Shown here piece after piece: positions 54,137-63,633 of a stretch of 64,000 nucleotides of DNA; the first letter of the stretch is position 1, and every line of letters begins with the position of its first letter. The translations under genes and the position numbers were made by a program. The stretch is taken from the NCBI GenBank assembly GCA_963745025.1, contig CAVUWD010000005.1, forward strand, positions 183,860 to 247,859. The letters run 5' to 3'. This DNA comes from an uncultured delta proteobacterium (GTDB lineage Bacteria; Desulfobacterota; Binatia; JACPRU01). The notes beneath the pieces are model-generated. The model saw only the letters and a list, made by a program, of their open reading frames with translations. It ran no database searches and was not told the origin of the DNA.

Positions 54137-55240
54137 ATGAAGATCCAGGCGGCGGTGCTTCGCGCGGGCGACCAGCCCTACTCCATCGAATCGCTCGAGC
54201 TCGCCGGCCCCGCGCCGGGTGAGATCCTCGTCCGCGTCGTCGGCGTCGGCATGTGCCACACCGACATGGTACCGCGCGCCCCGGACTTCGCGGCGCTCGC
54301 TCCGTTGCCGATCGTGACGGGCCACGAGGGAGCGGGAGTCGTCGAGGCCGTCGGAGCCGGAGTCGCCCAGATCGCGGTCGGCGATCACGTCGTGCTCTCT
54401 TTCGACAGCTGTGGAACCTGCACGACCTGCCGGGGTGGACATCCGGCGTACTGCGACACGTTCCTGCCGCGGAACCTGAGCGGGCGGAACCTCGACGGCT
54501 CGTCCCCGGCGACCGACGCGGCGGGAAAGCCGGTCGGTGCCCGCTGGTTCGGCCAGTCGTCGTTCGCGACGTATGCGATTGCCACTCCGCGCAACGCCGT
54601 GGTCGTCGACCGCTCGCTGCCGCTCGAGCTCTTGGGGCCGCTCGGCTGCGGCATCCAAACCGGAGCCGGCTCCGTGCTGATGGCCATGGGAGTCCGCGCC
54701 GGATCGTCGATCGCCGTCCATGGCGCGGGTGCGGTCGGTCTCGCCGCGGTGATGGCGGCGCGCATCGCTGGGGCGACGACGATCGTCGCCGTCGATCTCC
54801 ATCCCGCACGGCTCGCGCTCGCCCGCGAGCTCGGCGCCACCCACACGATCGACGGCAAGGCCAGCGACGTCACCCAGCAGATCCTCGCGCTCGCTGGCAG
54901 CGGCCTCGATTACGCCTTCGACACGACGGGAGTTCCTTCGGTCATCGCCGGAGCGGTCATGACGCTCCGGCCGCTCGGCGTCTGCGGCCTCGTCGGCGTG
55001 CGCGGCGCCGACCTCGTGCTGCCGCCGCTTTCGCTGGAGCTCGGGCGCACGCTCGTCGGTATCCTGGAAGGTGACGCCGTCCCGCAGCGCTTCATCCCGC
55101 AGATGATCACGCTCTGGCGGCAGGGCCGGTTCCCGTTCGACCGGCTGATCGGCACGTTCCCGCTCGCCAAGATCGACGAGGCCGAGCGCGCATCGCTCGC
55201 TGGTGAAGTCGTGAAGCCGGTACTGTTGCCGCAGGGCTGA
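54137..55240 (+). CDS. Zn-dependent aryl-alcohol/geraniol dehydrogenase-like MDR
   Basis: GMCHTD, GHEGAG, CGTCTTC..C, PLGCGIQTGAG, GAGAVG and GRFPFDRLI motifs. Confidence 0.9.
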   Translation: MKIQAAVLRAGDQPYSIESLELAGPAPGEILVRVVGVGMCHTDMVPRAPDFAALAPLPIVTGHEGAGVVEAVGAGVAQIAVGDHVVLSFDSCGTCTTCRGGHPAYCDTFLPRNLSGRNLDGSSPATDAAGKPVGARWFGQSSFATYAIATPRNAVVVDRSLPLELLGPLGCGIQTGAGSVLMAMGVRAGSSIAVHGAGAVGLAAVMAARIAGATTIVAVDLHPARLALARELGATHTIDGKASDVTQQILALAGSGLDYAFDTTGVPSVIAGAVMTLRPLGVCGLVGVRGADLVLPPLSLELGRTLVGILEGDAVPQRFIPQMITLWRQGRFPFDRLIGTFPLAKIDEAERASLAGEVVKPVLLPQG

Positions 55241-55346
55241 TTCGGACCGACCGCGGGATTGCCTGGCGCCTCGACTCGCTAGGAGCGTGCGTCACGGATC
55301 GCTCCTGTTGGTCGCGATCCCGGCCCCGACCGTACGTTCTACCAAG

Positions 55347-55808
55347 CTAGCGCTTGCTCGATTTCTTTCCGGAGGCCTTCGCGGTCCCGGCGGCCCGGAT
55401 CACCTTCGCCGCCTTCTCCGCGTCTTCCGCACTGTCGAACGCGGCGTAGGCGGCGAACCGGCTGCCGAGCACGGCGGCGGAGAGGCCACGCAGATTGATG
55501 CCCGCATTCGCGATCGCGCCGGCCATCTTCGCCCCGAGCCCGGGGCGGTCCGTCCCCTCGATACGTAGCGCTGCGACGCCTGGCGCCGGGCTCAATCCTG
55601 CCATGGCAGCAGCCTCGGTCACCTTGCGGCCTTTCACCGGGGCGAGAAAGACGATCCCAGTACCCGGCCTGTCGGGCTGGCGGCGGGCCACCACCATCTC
55701 GAGATTGGCGTTGGCAGCGGCGAGCTGCCGGAGAATATCCGCCAACCCGCCCGGTTTGTCCTGTATCTCACCCGACCACACGTCCATCTTCGTCACCTTC
55801 AACGACAT
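55347..55808 (-). CDS. Double ACT-domain protein
   Basis: DKPGGLA and DRPGLGA ACT motifs; AAGGAGAG RBS. Confidence 0.8.
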   Translation of the reverse strand: MSLKVTKMDVWSGEIQDKPGGLADILRQLAAANANLEMVVARRQPDRPGTGIVFLAPVKGRKVTEAAAMAGLSPAPGVAALRIEGTDRPGLGAKMAGAIANAGINLRGLSAAVLGSRFAAYAAFDSAEDAEKAAKVIRAAGTAKASGKKSSKR

Positions 55809-56088
55809 AGATCTCTCTCCTTGTTAGTGCAGCTCCCGGGCTCCTTCTACCGCATCCCCTGGAGCAGCGGCGAGAGCTCAGTTGCCGGGAACGAGAGATT
55901 TCACCGAAGCGCCTTCCGAATGCCAGGGCGAAGGTCGCTGCCAGCGCCGCCCGTGAGAGAGTCGCTTTCACGACGAACGGGGAGGCGTTACCAGTGCTCG
56001 AGGGCGCGCCGATTGCGGATGCGGAAAGACGGTCGGCCGGCGCTGCCGACCGACCACACGCGCGGCAAGGGGGTCCGCCCCCGTCGCA

Positions 56089-56505
56089 CTAAAAGTTGCT
56101 CGCCGCGGTTGCCGTTGCGATCAGGCGGCTGTCAGCGAGCGCCGCGGTTCGGTGCGTCGCAGCCTTTCGATAGTCCGGTCGCGAGACCATCGCGAGGAAC
56201 GCCTTCCGCGAGGGGTACTGGACGAGGATCGCATCGTCCCACGGCTCTCCTTCGGGGCCGATCACGGTCCGCTGAACGTTCCCGAGCCACAGGATCTTGC
56301 CACCGCACTCGGCGAGCATTGGCGTGACCCTCGCTCCGTACCGTTGGTACGCTTCGCGTCCGGAGCACGGCTCCGCCCCCGACCCGGGCGGATAGTCCGC
56401 GTGATCGCGATACTTCAGGAGGTTGATCATGACGATCGGTGTCTCGTCCGATGCCTCGGCGACGAGCTTCTGAAGTTGCTCGGGGGACGGCTCGATCCAG
56501 GCCAT
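56089..56505 (-). CDS. DUF1330 domain protein
   Basis: PIVMINLLKYR, SGREAYQRY, WDDAILVQYPSRKAF and HRTAAL motifs. Confidence 0.85.
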   Translation of the reverse strand: MAWIEPSPEQLQKLVAEASDETPIVMINLLKYRDHADYPPGSGAEPCSGREAYQRYGARVTPMLAECGGKILWLGNVQRTVIGPEGEPWDDAILVQYPSRKAFLAMVSRPDYRKAATHRTAALADSRLIATATAASNF

Positions 56506-56518
56506 TGAGCTTCTCCTT

Positions 56519-56628
56519 CCAAGCACCTGCCAAGCACCTGCCAAGCACCTGCCAAGCACCTGCCAAGCACCTGCCAAGCACCTGCCAAGCACCTGCCAAG
56601 CACCTGCCAAGCACCTGCCAAGCACCTG
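56519..56628. repeat. Perfect tandem repeat (CCAAGCACCTG) x10
   Basis: Ten identical 11-bp units counted directly. Confidence 0.97.
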
Positions 56629-56913
56629 AACGTTTGCCCGTCGGGCACTATCACGAAAGACCAGCCGAAGGCAGCCCGATTCGTCCGATCAGCGATCCCG
56701 GTATGGCTCTGCACAGCGGATCGGGAGTCCTCCGCATCGTCGGCGTTCGTTTACGCAGCCCACGCCGCCCAGACTGCGAGTGTATCGGCAACGTCGCGCG
56801 CCGGCGCGCCGCGGCGGTCTCACGCGCGGCAAGCCCGCGCGCGCGGGACGGCCTAGATGATAGCGAAGATGCTTGCGCTCCTCGACGTGCGACATCTGAG
56901 CTAGACTAACACC

Positions 56914-57504
56914 ATGGCTTGTCTGTTAGTCGCCGCGTGGACGTGGGTGATTGCCGGGGTCTCGCTCGCCGACCGCCCGGGATGGGCGTTGGTTTTCGCT
57001 GCAATGGGCGGATTCGCCATCGGCGCGCAACTCATGATCGCCGTATACGAGGACCAGCGCGGAAGGGGCCGCCGCCGAAGCGACGGCGTTCACGCCGGCC
57101 GGCTCAAACGCATGCGCTCAGCCTCCGGCGGATGGGGGCTTGTCGTAAGGCGCGTCGGAAAGCTCGCCGTTCTGCTGATCGTTTGCTTGCAGCACGCGCG
57201 AGCGGTGGCCGACATGCCGCCGCCCGCGGAATCCGTCGAGACGTGTACCCTTGAGAAGCAGCAACAGTCCGGCGAGGAATGCCTCATGTGCGGCGCCTCG
57301 GATGGGGACCCGGCGAAATGCCAGAAGCGGCTGGCGCCCCGGGGCTATCAGCGTCGCTGCCGCGGCTCCGGAGAGTCCGCGTGGTTGGAGGCTTGGTGCC
57401 GGTCGCGCAGTCCTGGAGGCCAGGCAACGCCGACTCCACGGACAGCACGTGGCCCGCTCGGGGTTCTAGCCCGAATCGCTCACCACTACTTCGAAACGCA
57501 CTGA
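56914..57504 (+). CDS. Hypothetical protein; C-terminal half looks like a secreted Cys-rich module
   Basis: Internal signal-like segment ending ARAVA-DMPPP, followed by six Cys; true start uncertain (possibly near 57112). Confidence 0.5.
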   Translation: MACLLVAAWTWVIAGVSLADRPGWALVFAAMGGFAIGAQLMIAVYEDQRGRGRRRSDGVHAGRLKRMRSASGGWGLVVRRVGKLAVLLIVCLQHARAVADMPPPAESVETCTLEKQQQSGEECLMCGASDGDPAKCQKRLAPRGYQRRCRGSGESAWLEAWCRSRSPGGQATPTPRTARGPLGVLARIAHHYFETH

Positions 57505-57646
57505 GCATCTGAGCGAGGGGGCTTTGCCCTCAAGGTCCCTCTGGAGGTGTACACACAGCATCACCGGAGCTACGATCGATATCCGCTACCGAGGCGCTGG
57601 TCGCCGATCCGCGCACCGCACCCTAGACAAGAAAGGGAAGACGATC

Positions 57647-58906
57647 ATGTCGTACTTCGATCTGAACCTGGACCTCACCGACGAGGACAAGGCCATCCGC
57701 GATGCGGCCCATTCATTCGCCAAGAATGTCGTGCGCCCGATCGGGATCGCGCTCGATCGGATGACCGCGCAAGAGGCCGTCGCGGAAAACTCGCCGGTGT
57801 GGGAATTCCTGCGGGAGGCCTACCGTCTCGGCTATCACAAGGCAACGCTTCCCGAAGCGATCGGCGGCCTGGGGATGACCGCGATGCAAGGCCACCTGAT
57901 CATGGAAGAGCTCTTTTGGGGGAGCCTCGGGTTGAGCGCCATCGTCCTGCTGTCCACCTGGCCGTTCATGAAGGTCATCCACACCGGCGACCAGGAACTC
58001 ATCAACGAATTTGTGCTCCCGTTCTGTGCCTGCAACGACGCCAGCATCCGCGGCTGCTGGGGCATTATGGAGCCGGACCACGGCTCGGACCACATCGGAC
58101 AGGGCGAGGCGTTCTACACGGACCCGAAGGTCAAGGGACGGGTGCGAGCTCGCCTCGACGGCGATTCCTGGGTCATCAACGGTGAAAAGGCCGCGTGGGT
58201 CTCCGCGGCGCCGCTGGCCACGGTGGCGATGCTCAACGTGCAGATCGACGTCAGCAAAGGCCTCGCCGGTGGCGGGACGTGCATGGTGCCGCTCGATCTG
58301 CCGGGCGTCTCGCGTGGCCGCCCGCTCGAGAAGGTCGGGCAGCGGGATTTGCCGCAGGGCGCGCTGATCTTCGACGACGTGCGCATCCCGCGCCGCTACA
58401 TGTTCTGCGGACCCGATCAGTACCCGGAGTGGGTGGCAAACAATCTCGGCTTCGGGAACACGGCCATGAGCGTCCTCGCGCTGGGCTTGGCGCGGGCGGC
58501 CTTTGAAGAGGCCTACGCCTACGCCAAGACGCGAGTGCAGGGCGGTGTGCCGCTCGCCGACCAGTATGCGATGAAGATCCGCATCCATCGCATGTTCACC
58601 AAGGTCGAAGCCATTCGGGCGATGAGCCGGGCGGTGTGGAACTTGACCGCGAATATCTACCCGCCCCTGCCCGAATACGGGTATGCCGCCAAGATCTTCT
58701 GCAGCGAGACGGCGCGCGAGGTCATCGAAGAAGCGGTGCAGATCCACGGGGCCAACGGGTTAACGAAGGAGTACTTCATCGAGAAGATCTGGCGTGACTC
58801 GCGGGCCCTGACCATCGAAGACGGCGTGAACGATGTATTGGCGCGTCTGGGAGGACAGATCCTGAACGAGACCTTCCCGCGCACGAGCGTGAACCGCCTG
58901 GCTTGA
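57647..58906 (+). CDS. Acyl-CoA dehydrogenase
   Basis: MEPDHGSD, WVINGEKAWVS, RVQGG, AVQIHGANG and IEDGVN motifs. Confidence 0.92.
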   Translation: MSYFDLNLDLTDEDKAIRDAAHSFAKNVVRPIGIALDRMTAQEAVAENSPVWEFLREAYRLGYHKATLPEAIGGLGMTAMQGHLIMEELFWGSLGLSAIVLLSTWPFMKVIHTGDQELINEFVLPFCACNDASIRGCWGIMEPDHGSDHIGQGEAFYTDPKVKGRVRARLDGDSWVINGEKAAWVSAAPLATVAMLNVQIDVSKGLAGGGTCMVPLDLPGVSRGRPLEKVGQRDLPQGALIFDDVRIPRRYMFCGPDQYPEWVANNLGFGNTAMSVLALGLARAAFEEAYAYAKTRVQGGVPLADQYAMKIRIHRMFTKVEAIRAMSRAVWNLTANIYPPLPEYGYAAKIFCSETAREVIEEAVQIHGANGLTKEYFIEKIWRDSRALTIEDGVNDVLARLGGQILNETFPRTSVNRLA

Positions 58907-58938
58907 CGCGTCGCGCGCACCGAAGGGAGACAAGCGAC

Positions 58939-59406
58939 ATGCAACAGCTCTGGGATATCCAGCAGATCAAGGATCTCAAAGCGAAGTACTGCTACTACGT
59001 CGACGAGTACTTCGAAGACCCGACGAACTTCGACCGCTTGATGCGCGAAGTGTTCGTGGACGACACGGAGCTAGATTTCGGTGACGCCGGAACGGCGAAA
59101 GGCCGTGCCGAGGTTGAGAAATTCTTCCGCAACGTGGTCTTCAACACTCTCTCGTTCTCGCAGCATCTCGTCCACAGCCCGCTGATCACCTTTACGGAGG
59201 CAGACGAGGCCGATGGAAAATGGCACTTCTTGGTTCCCTGCACGTACAGAGCCGGCAACACCGCTGTGTGGCTGTCCGGAACCTACTACGAGCGATATGT
59301 GCGGCGCGCTGGTGCCTGGTACATTCGCAAGCTACGCGCCAAGTTTTTCTTCATGACGCCGTTTGATCAGGGCTGGGCGAAGGCCTCGACCATGCGCATC
59401 GAGTAA
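58939..59406 (+). CDS. NTF2/SnoaL-like protein
   Basis: IKDLKAKYCYYVD, QHLVHSP, GTYYERYVR and WYI motifs. Confidence 0.85.
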   Translation: MQQLWDIQQIKDLKAKYCYYVDEYFEDPTNFDRLMREVFVDDTELDFGDAGTAKGRAEVEKFFRNVVFNTLSFSQHLVHSPLITFTEADEADGKWHFLVPCTYRAGNTAVWLSGTYYERYVRRAGAWYIRKLRAKFFFMTPFDQGWAKASTMRIE

Positions 59407-59536
59407 GGGCCGCGGCGGTGGCCGTTCGCGATGTCGCGAGCCGACTCCGGCGCAGAAATTAACCCACTTCGTCGATCACGTGATGGACTGAGCAGGTCAG
59501 GGAGCAATCCGAGCGCTTCCAAAGGGGGTCGTCGCC

Positions 59537-59956
59537 TCACCCCCTTCGCGGAAGCCGCACGCACGCCGTTCCCGGCATCAGCACGGCGCCTGTAGGGTCC
59601 TCTTCCCAGACTTCGAGGGCGACCTCGTCGCCGCGCACCTCCGTGACCCGGCCGCGGAAGGTAAGGTCGCACTCCGGGAAGGCGCGGCCGCGGTTCTGCC
59701 AGGAGAGCGCGAGCACCCGCCCGTTCGGCCCCGCCCAATCCGACACGAACTGGTGGAGCCAGGCGCCCTGCAGCGGGCCGTGGACCAGAAGATCGGAGTG
59801 CCCCTCGCTTTCCGCGTACGCGCGGTCGTAGTGAATGCGGTGCGGGTTGTTCGTCGCGGCGCTAAAGAGGAAGAGCTGCGCGCGAGAGGCGTTCTTCACC
59901 ATCGGCGGAAGCAGGTCTCCTGCGTTCACGTCCTCGATGCAGCGCGCTCCGCTCAC
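59537..59956 (-). CDS. MaoC-family dehydratase (catalytic-type subunit)
   Basis: FSAATNNPHRIHYD and LVHGPLQ motifs; GTGA overlap with the upstream gene. Confidence 0.85.
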   Translation of the reverse strand: MSGARCIEDVNAGDLLPPMVKNASRAQLFLFSAATNNPHRIHYDRAYAESEGHSDLLVHGPLQGAWLHQFVSDWAGPNGRVLALSWQNRGRAFPECDLTFRGRVTEVRGDEVALEVWEEDPTGAVLMPGTACVRLPRRG

Positions 59957-60444
59957 CGTGCGATGCTCCGTCCACGCGCACGTGCCACGAGCACACCCTG
60001 TTGGTTCGTATAGCGCGTTTCCGTCGTCTGGAGCACGAAGGGTCCCGAACTCCCGTGCTTCTCTTCGAGCGATTCGAGCCGCACGGTGGCCGTCATCGTG
60101 TCGCCGACATACACGGGAGCCAGGTACTCCCACTCCTCGGCCGCGAACATCACCCGCTTCACACGGAGCGCCACGCGCTTGCCGCGTGCCGTATAGAGCC
60201 CGTCCTCGCGGAGCTCGTCGAGCGGCCGGTACGGGGCCAGCGCCCAAGCCAGGAAGATCGGCGGGACTACGATACCTCGATACCCAGCTTCGCGTGCCGC
60301 CGATTCGTCGAAATAGATCGGGTTCATGTCGCCTGCCGCGAGCGCAAAGCGCTGCGACTCCTTCGCGGTGATGGTGCTCGTGATGGGCTCGTCGAGGAGC
60401 TCGCCCACCAGGGCGAAGGTCTCTTCGGGGATGAGGCCGCTCAT
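59953..60444 (-). CDS. MaoC N-terminal / FAS1-like dehydratase subunit
   Basis: RFALAAGDMNPIYFD...AGYRGIVVPP and YTNQQG motifs. Confidence 0.85.
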   Translation of the reverse strand: MSGLIPEETFALVGELLDEPITSTITAKESQRFALAAGDMNPIYFDESAAREAGYRGIVVPPIFLAWALAPYRPLDELREDGLYTARGKRVALRVKRVMFAAEEWEYLAPVYVGDTMTATVRLESLEEKHGSSGPFVLQTTETRYTNQQGVLVARARGRSIAR

Positions 60445-60905
60445 CGTTCGCTCCCATCCTGCTTGGGGAATGGTCGGACCCGGAATCGAGCGCCCGACGT
60501 TGCCAATGCCTTGCGACGCATCGCTCCTACTATAGGGGAAGAGCTCGGCGAGCGAAATGCGCGGGCTCCGGCCAGGGGTCGGGGCGGCGATGGGCGAGAT
60601 AGATTTACGGCGCGGCCATGACGCCGGTGGGCAGATACCGCACGCCCCTGCCGCCCGAGCTCGAAGATGCGGGCCAGCTTCGAAGAATTCTCCTTACCAG
60701 TAAGCTCTGCCGGATCTTCGACCTCGCGCCCATCGGCCGCGCAACTACCTCTTGCCGTGGTTCGGCCGCAAGTTCGCATGCGACGCGGATGCAACGGCCC
60801 TCTAGGGGGCAGCCGGTGGACCATCGGGCGGTGCCCGAGGCCTTTTCAAGACCCCGCTCGTCGACCTAGACTGCGCAGCACTCTACCCAGACACGGGAGG
60901 CATGT

Positions 60906-62654
60906 ATGGCAGTTGTCGACGGCACGGTGAGCGATGTAATCCTGGCGATCCTGAAGAAACACGGCGCGCGGTACTTCTGCGGTTTGCCGGCGGCGCAGAT
61001 CGGTCTGGTGATGCACGGCGCGTCCACCGACCCTGACCTGACGTACGTCACCACCCGCCACGAAGAGGCGGCCGGACACATGGCGCACGCCATCTCCCGC
61101 ATCAGCGACAGCATCGGCGTGTGTTTCGCCACCGTAGGTCCGGGTGCGAGCAACCTTGTTCCAGGCGTTGCCGCCGCCTGGGCCGACAACATCCCGCTGA
61201 TCGTGATCACGGGTCAGAACCAGGCCGCCCAGATCGATCCCTCACGCGATCAGTTGCAGAGCCTCGACCAGCTCGCTCTGTACCGGCCGATCACGAAGTG
61301 GAGCGCCGTCCTGCACCACGCCGAGCGCGCCCCGGAGCTGGTCGAACGGGCCGTGCACATGGCGCTGTCCGGTCGGCCGGGGCCGGTGCATCTCGATGTC
61401 CCGTGCGATGTCGGATCTTTTCCCTGCCGGTACGATCTCGCAACCGTGCCGCCGTATGCGCCGTTTCGCTATTTGCCCAGTCCTGCGGAGCTCAGCCGCG
61501 CCGCCGACGCGCTGCGCACCGCCCGCCGCCCGTTGTTGCTCGCCGGCGGCGGCGTGGTGCGGTCGGGCGGAGTGGCCGAATTCCGCCGGCTCGTGGAACA
61601 GACCGGCTTCCCGGCCACCACCACCATCATGGGGCGCGGCGTCCTGCCGCCGGACGCCGACGGATACATCGGCAGCGGCGGCATCATCGCCGGCCGTGCC
61701 GCGCTCGAAGCCCTGCAGACGGCCGACGTGATTCTGGCGGTGGGCTGTAAGTTCTCGACGTGGACCCTGGTCGACAAGCCGCCCCGCTTCGCGAAACCGG
61801 CCGGCCAGAAGATCATTCAGGTCGACATCGACCCGGCCTCGATTGGCAAGACCGTGGCGGTTGACATTGGCCTGGTGGGCGATGCTGCCGAAACGGTGCG
61901 CGCCCTCGCCGATCGCATGGCCGAAGAGGGGCCGTTCGCCCTCGACATCGGCTGGCGCGACAAACTGCGGCGGACGTATCTCGCTTACCGCGCCCAGGTG
62001 GACCAGATCGCCAACACGAAGGTGGTCGGCGCGCCTGAGATCCCCAACGAGGCGAGTCTGGGGCGGGCGCTGGCGGCGATCCTGCCGCGCGACGCCATTG
62101 TCACGGTCGACGGCGGACAGACCATGATGTGGACGTCGACCTTCTTCCGGCCCACGCACCCGTCGTGCGTGCTCACCGAGCCGGGCATGGGACACCTCGG
62201 CTTCGGCCTGCCGTTCGCCAACGCGGCCAAGCTGGCGCATCCGAACCGGCCGGTCGTCTGCGTGGCCGGCGACGGCGCCTTCGGTCTGACCATCCAGGAA
62301 CTCGAGACGGCGGCGCGCTACCGCATCAACACCATATCGATCGTGTTCAACGACAGCTTTTGGGGCATGTACAAGCCGTTCGGCGAGTTGTTGCAGAACC
62401 CGAACTTCGGCACGAAGCTCACCGACGTCAACTTCGCAAAGGTCGCGGAGGGTTTCGGCTGCTACGGAGAACAGGTGGCGGGCGTCGACGCCCTGCCGGC
62501 GGCGTTCGAGCGGGCAGTGCGCGCGGGCAAGCCCGCGGTGCTCGACGTCCGCACCGTCTACACGCCGCACCCGATGGACTTCGTCTGGACCGAGGTGATC
62601 CTACAGGGTATGCGCCTGCCGGTGCCCGGGGCGGCGCAGGAACTGGCCGCTTGA
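60906..62654 (+). CDS. Thiamine-diphosphate-dependent enzyme (acetolactate synthase-like)
   Basis: RHEEAAGHMA, GPGASN, GRPGPVHLDVP and GDGAFG...FND ThDP motif; GGGAGG RBS. Confidence 0.92.
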   Translation: MAVVDGTVSDVILAILKKHGARYFCGLPAAQIGLVMHGASTDPDLTYVTTRHEEAAGHMAHAISRISDSIGVCFATVGPGASNLVPGVAAAWADNIPLIVITGQNQAAQIDPSRDQLQSLDQLALYRPITKWSAVLHHAERAPELVERAVHMALSGRPGPVHLDVPCDVGSFPCRYDLATVPPYAPFRYLPSPAELSRAADALRTARRPLLLAGGGVVRSGGVAEFRRLVEQTGFPATTTIMGRGVLPPDADGYIGSGGIIAGRAALEALQTADVILAVGCKFSTWTLVDKPPRFAKPAGQKIIQVDIDPASIGKTVAVDIGLVGDAAETVRALADRMAEEGPFALDIGWRDKLRRTYLAYRAQVDQIANTKVVGAPEIPNEASLGRALAAILPRDAIVTVDGGQTMMWTSTFFRPTHPSCVLTEPGMGHLGFGLPFANAAKLAHPNRPVVCVAGDGAFGLTIQELETAARYRINTISIVFNDSFWGMYKPFGELLQNPNFGTKLTDVNFAKVAEGFGCYGEQVAGVDALPAAFERAVRAGKPAVLDVRTVYTPHPMDFVWTEVILQGMRLPVPGAAQELAA

Positions 62655-62689
62655 GCGAAGCTGGATAGAGGGCGGTGGCACGGCCGCGT

Positions 62690-62852
62690 TGCATGGGGCT
62701 CCGGAATCCCAACCGCGGATGCCATCACCGCCGAGTGGCTCACCGAGATGCTGCGCTCGAGGCAAACCACCCGGAGGCGAGCTCCGGGGCTTCACGCGTG
62801 AAGAGATCGGGACCGGTCAGATCGGCCGCTGCGTCCGCTTCGAGCTCGACGC
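62690..62852 (+). pseudogene. Frameshifted N-terminal fragment of an APH/ecdysteroid-kinase-like phosphotransferase
   Basis: IPTADAITAEWLTEMLR, then FTREEIGTGQIGRCVRFELD in another frame; ends abruptly. Confidence 0.55.
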
Positions 62853-63008
62853 GCGGTGCGTCACCTGGACGATGGGGGCGCGATCTGCTCCTCGAGCCGC
62901 GGCAGGCGGCCGGACCGGTCAACGCCAACCCGAAGGGCTACGTCGAGATCGACGGGGCCGAGTCCGCGAAGTTCGAGCGCAAGATGACGTTCCGCGAGGT
63001 GAAGTGAC

Positions 63009-63617
63009 GTGACGCCGGACGACGACCCGCTTTCGGCGGGCAGCATGTCGGAGCGCACGGCGGTGCTGCTCGCCACGGTGCGCGGCCTGCAGGGCCGCGG
63101 CTGCGGGCGCTGCGAGCACGTGCTGTGCGGGCACGAGGCCGTGCTCGCCGTCGTGCTCGGCTACAAGGATGCGCCGCGCTGCGCCTGCTGCATCGCCGCC
63201 GACCTGCACGAAGCGGCGCCAGATCTCTGCGAGCGATCGTTGCAGTGGATCCGGCGTCGCGAGTGCTTACTGCGCGCCTGGCACGTCGCCGGCGAGAGCG
63301 AGGGGCTCGGCGCGGTCGAGCGTCCGGCGTGCCTGTTCGCGGCCGGCGCTGCGGTCGCCGCCGCCACGGCTGCAGTTGTCGATGCCGCCTGGCAGCCGGA
63401 GGCAGCCGCTTCCTACGACGCCGGCGACCTCGGTTGCGGCGATCTCGTGCTCGAACTCCGCTTCCGGCTGCGTGAGCTGTCGCCCGGAGCGGTGCTGCAC
63501 GTGACCGCCCGCGACCCGGCGGCGCCGGTCGATCTTCCCGGCATGGTGCGGTCTTGCGGCCACGCGCTGCTCCATGCTTCCCATCCCGACTACTGGATCC
63601 GACGCAAACGAGACTGA
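63009..63617 (+). CDS. Cys-rich N-terminal domain plus TusA/SirA-like sulfurtransferase domain
   Basis: CGRC..LCGHE and CACC; C-terminal YDAGDLGCGDLVLELR...DPAAPVDLP. Confidence 0.75.
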   Translation: MTPDDDPLSAGSMSERTAVLLATVRGLQGRGCGRCEHVLCGHEAVLAVVLGYKDAPRCACCIAADLHEAAPDLCERSLQWIRRRECLLRAWHVAGESEGLGAVERPACLFAAGAAVAAATAAVVDAAWQPEAAASYDAGDLGCGDLVLELRFRLRELSPGAVLHVTARDPAAPVDLPGMVRSCGHALLHASHPDYWIRRKRD

Positions 63618-63633
63618 CAGGAGGGACCCGAAG

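Noticed and set aside
41237-54844. Very long antisense or alternate-frame ORFs (e.g. 41237-43387, 46350-48029, 52580-54844)
   Set aside because: These are shadow ORFs expected at high GC, overlapping well-supported genes and lacking motifs.
56519-56628. CRISPR array, or a repetitive protein (LGRCLAGAWQV)n
   Set aside because: There are no spacers and no cas genes. The repeat-derived ORF extensions lie upstream of a good RBS and ATG at 56505.
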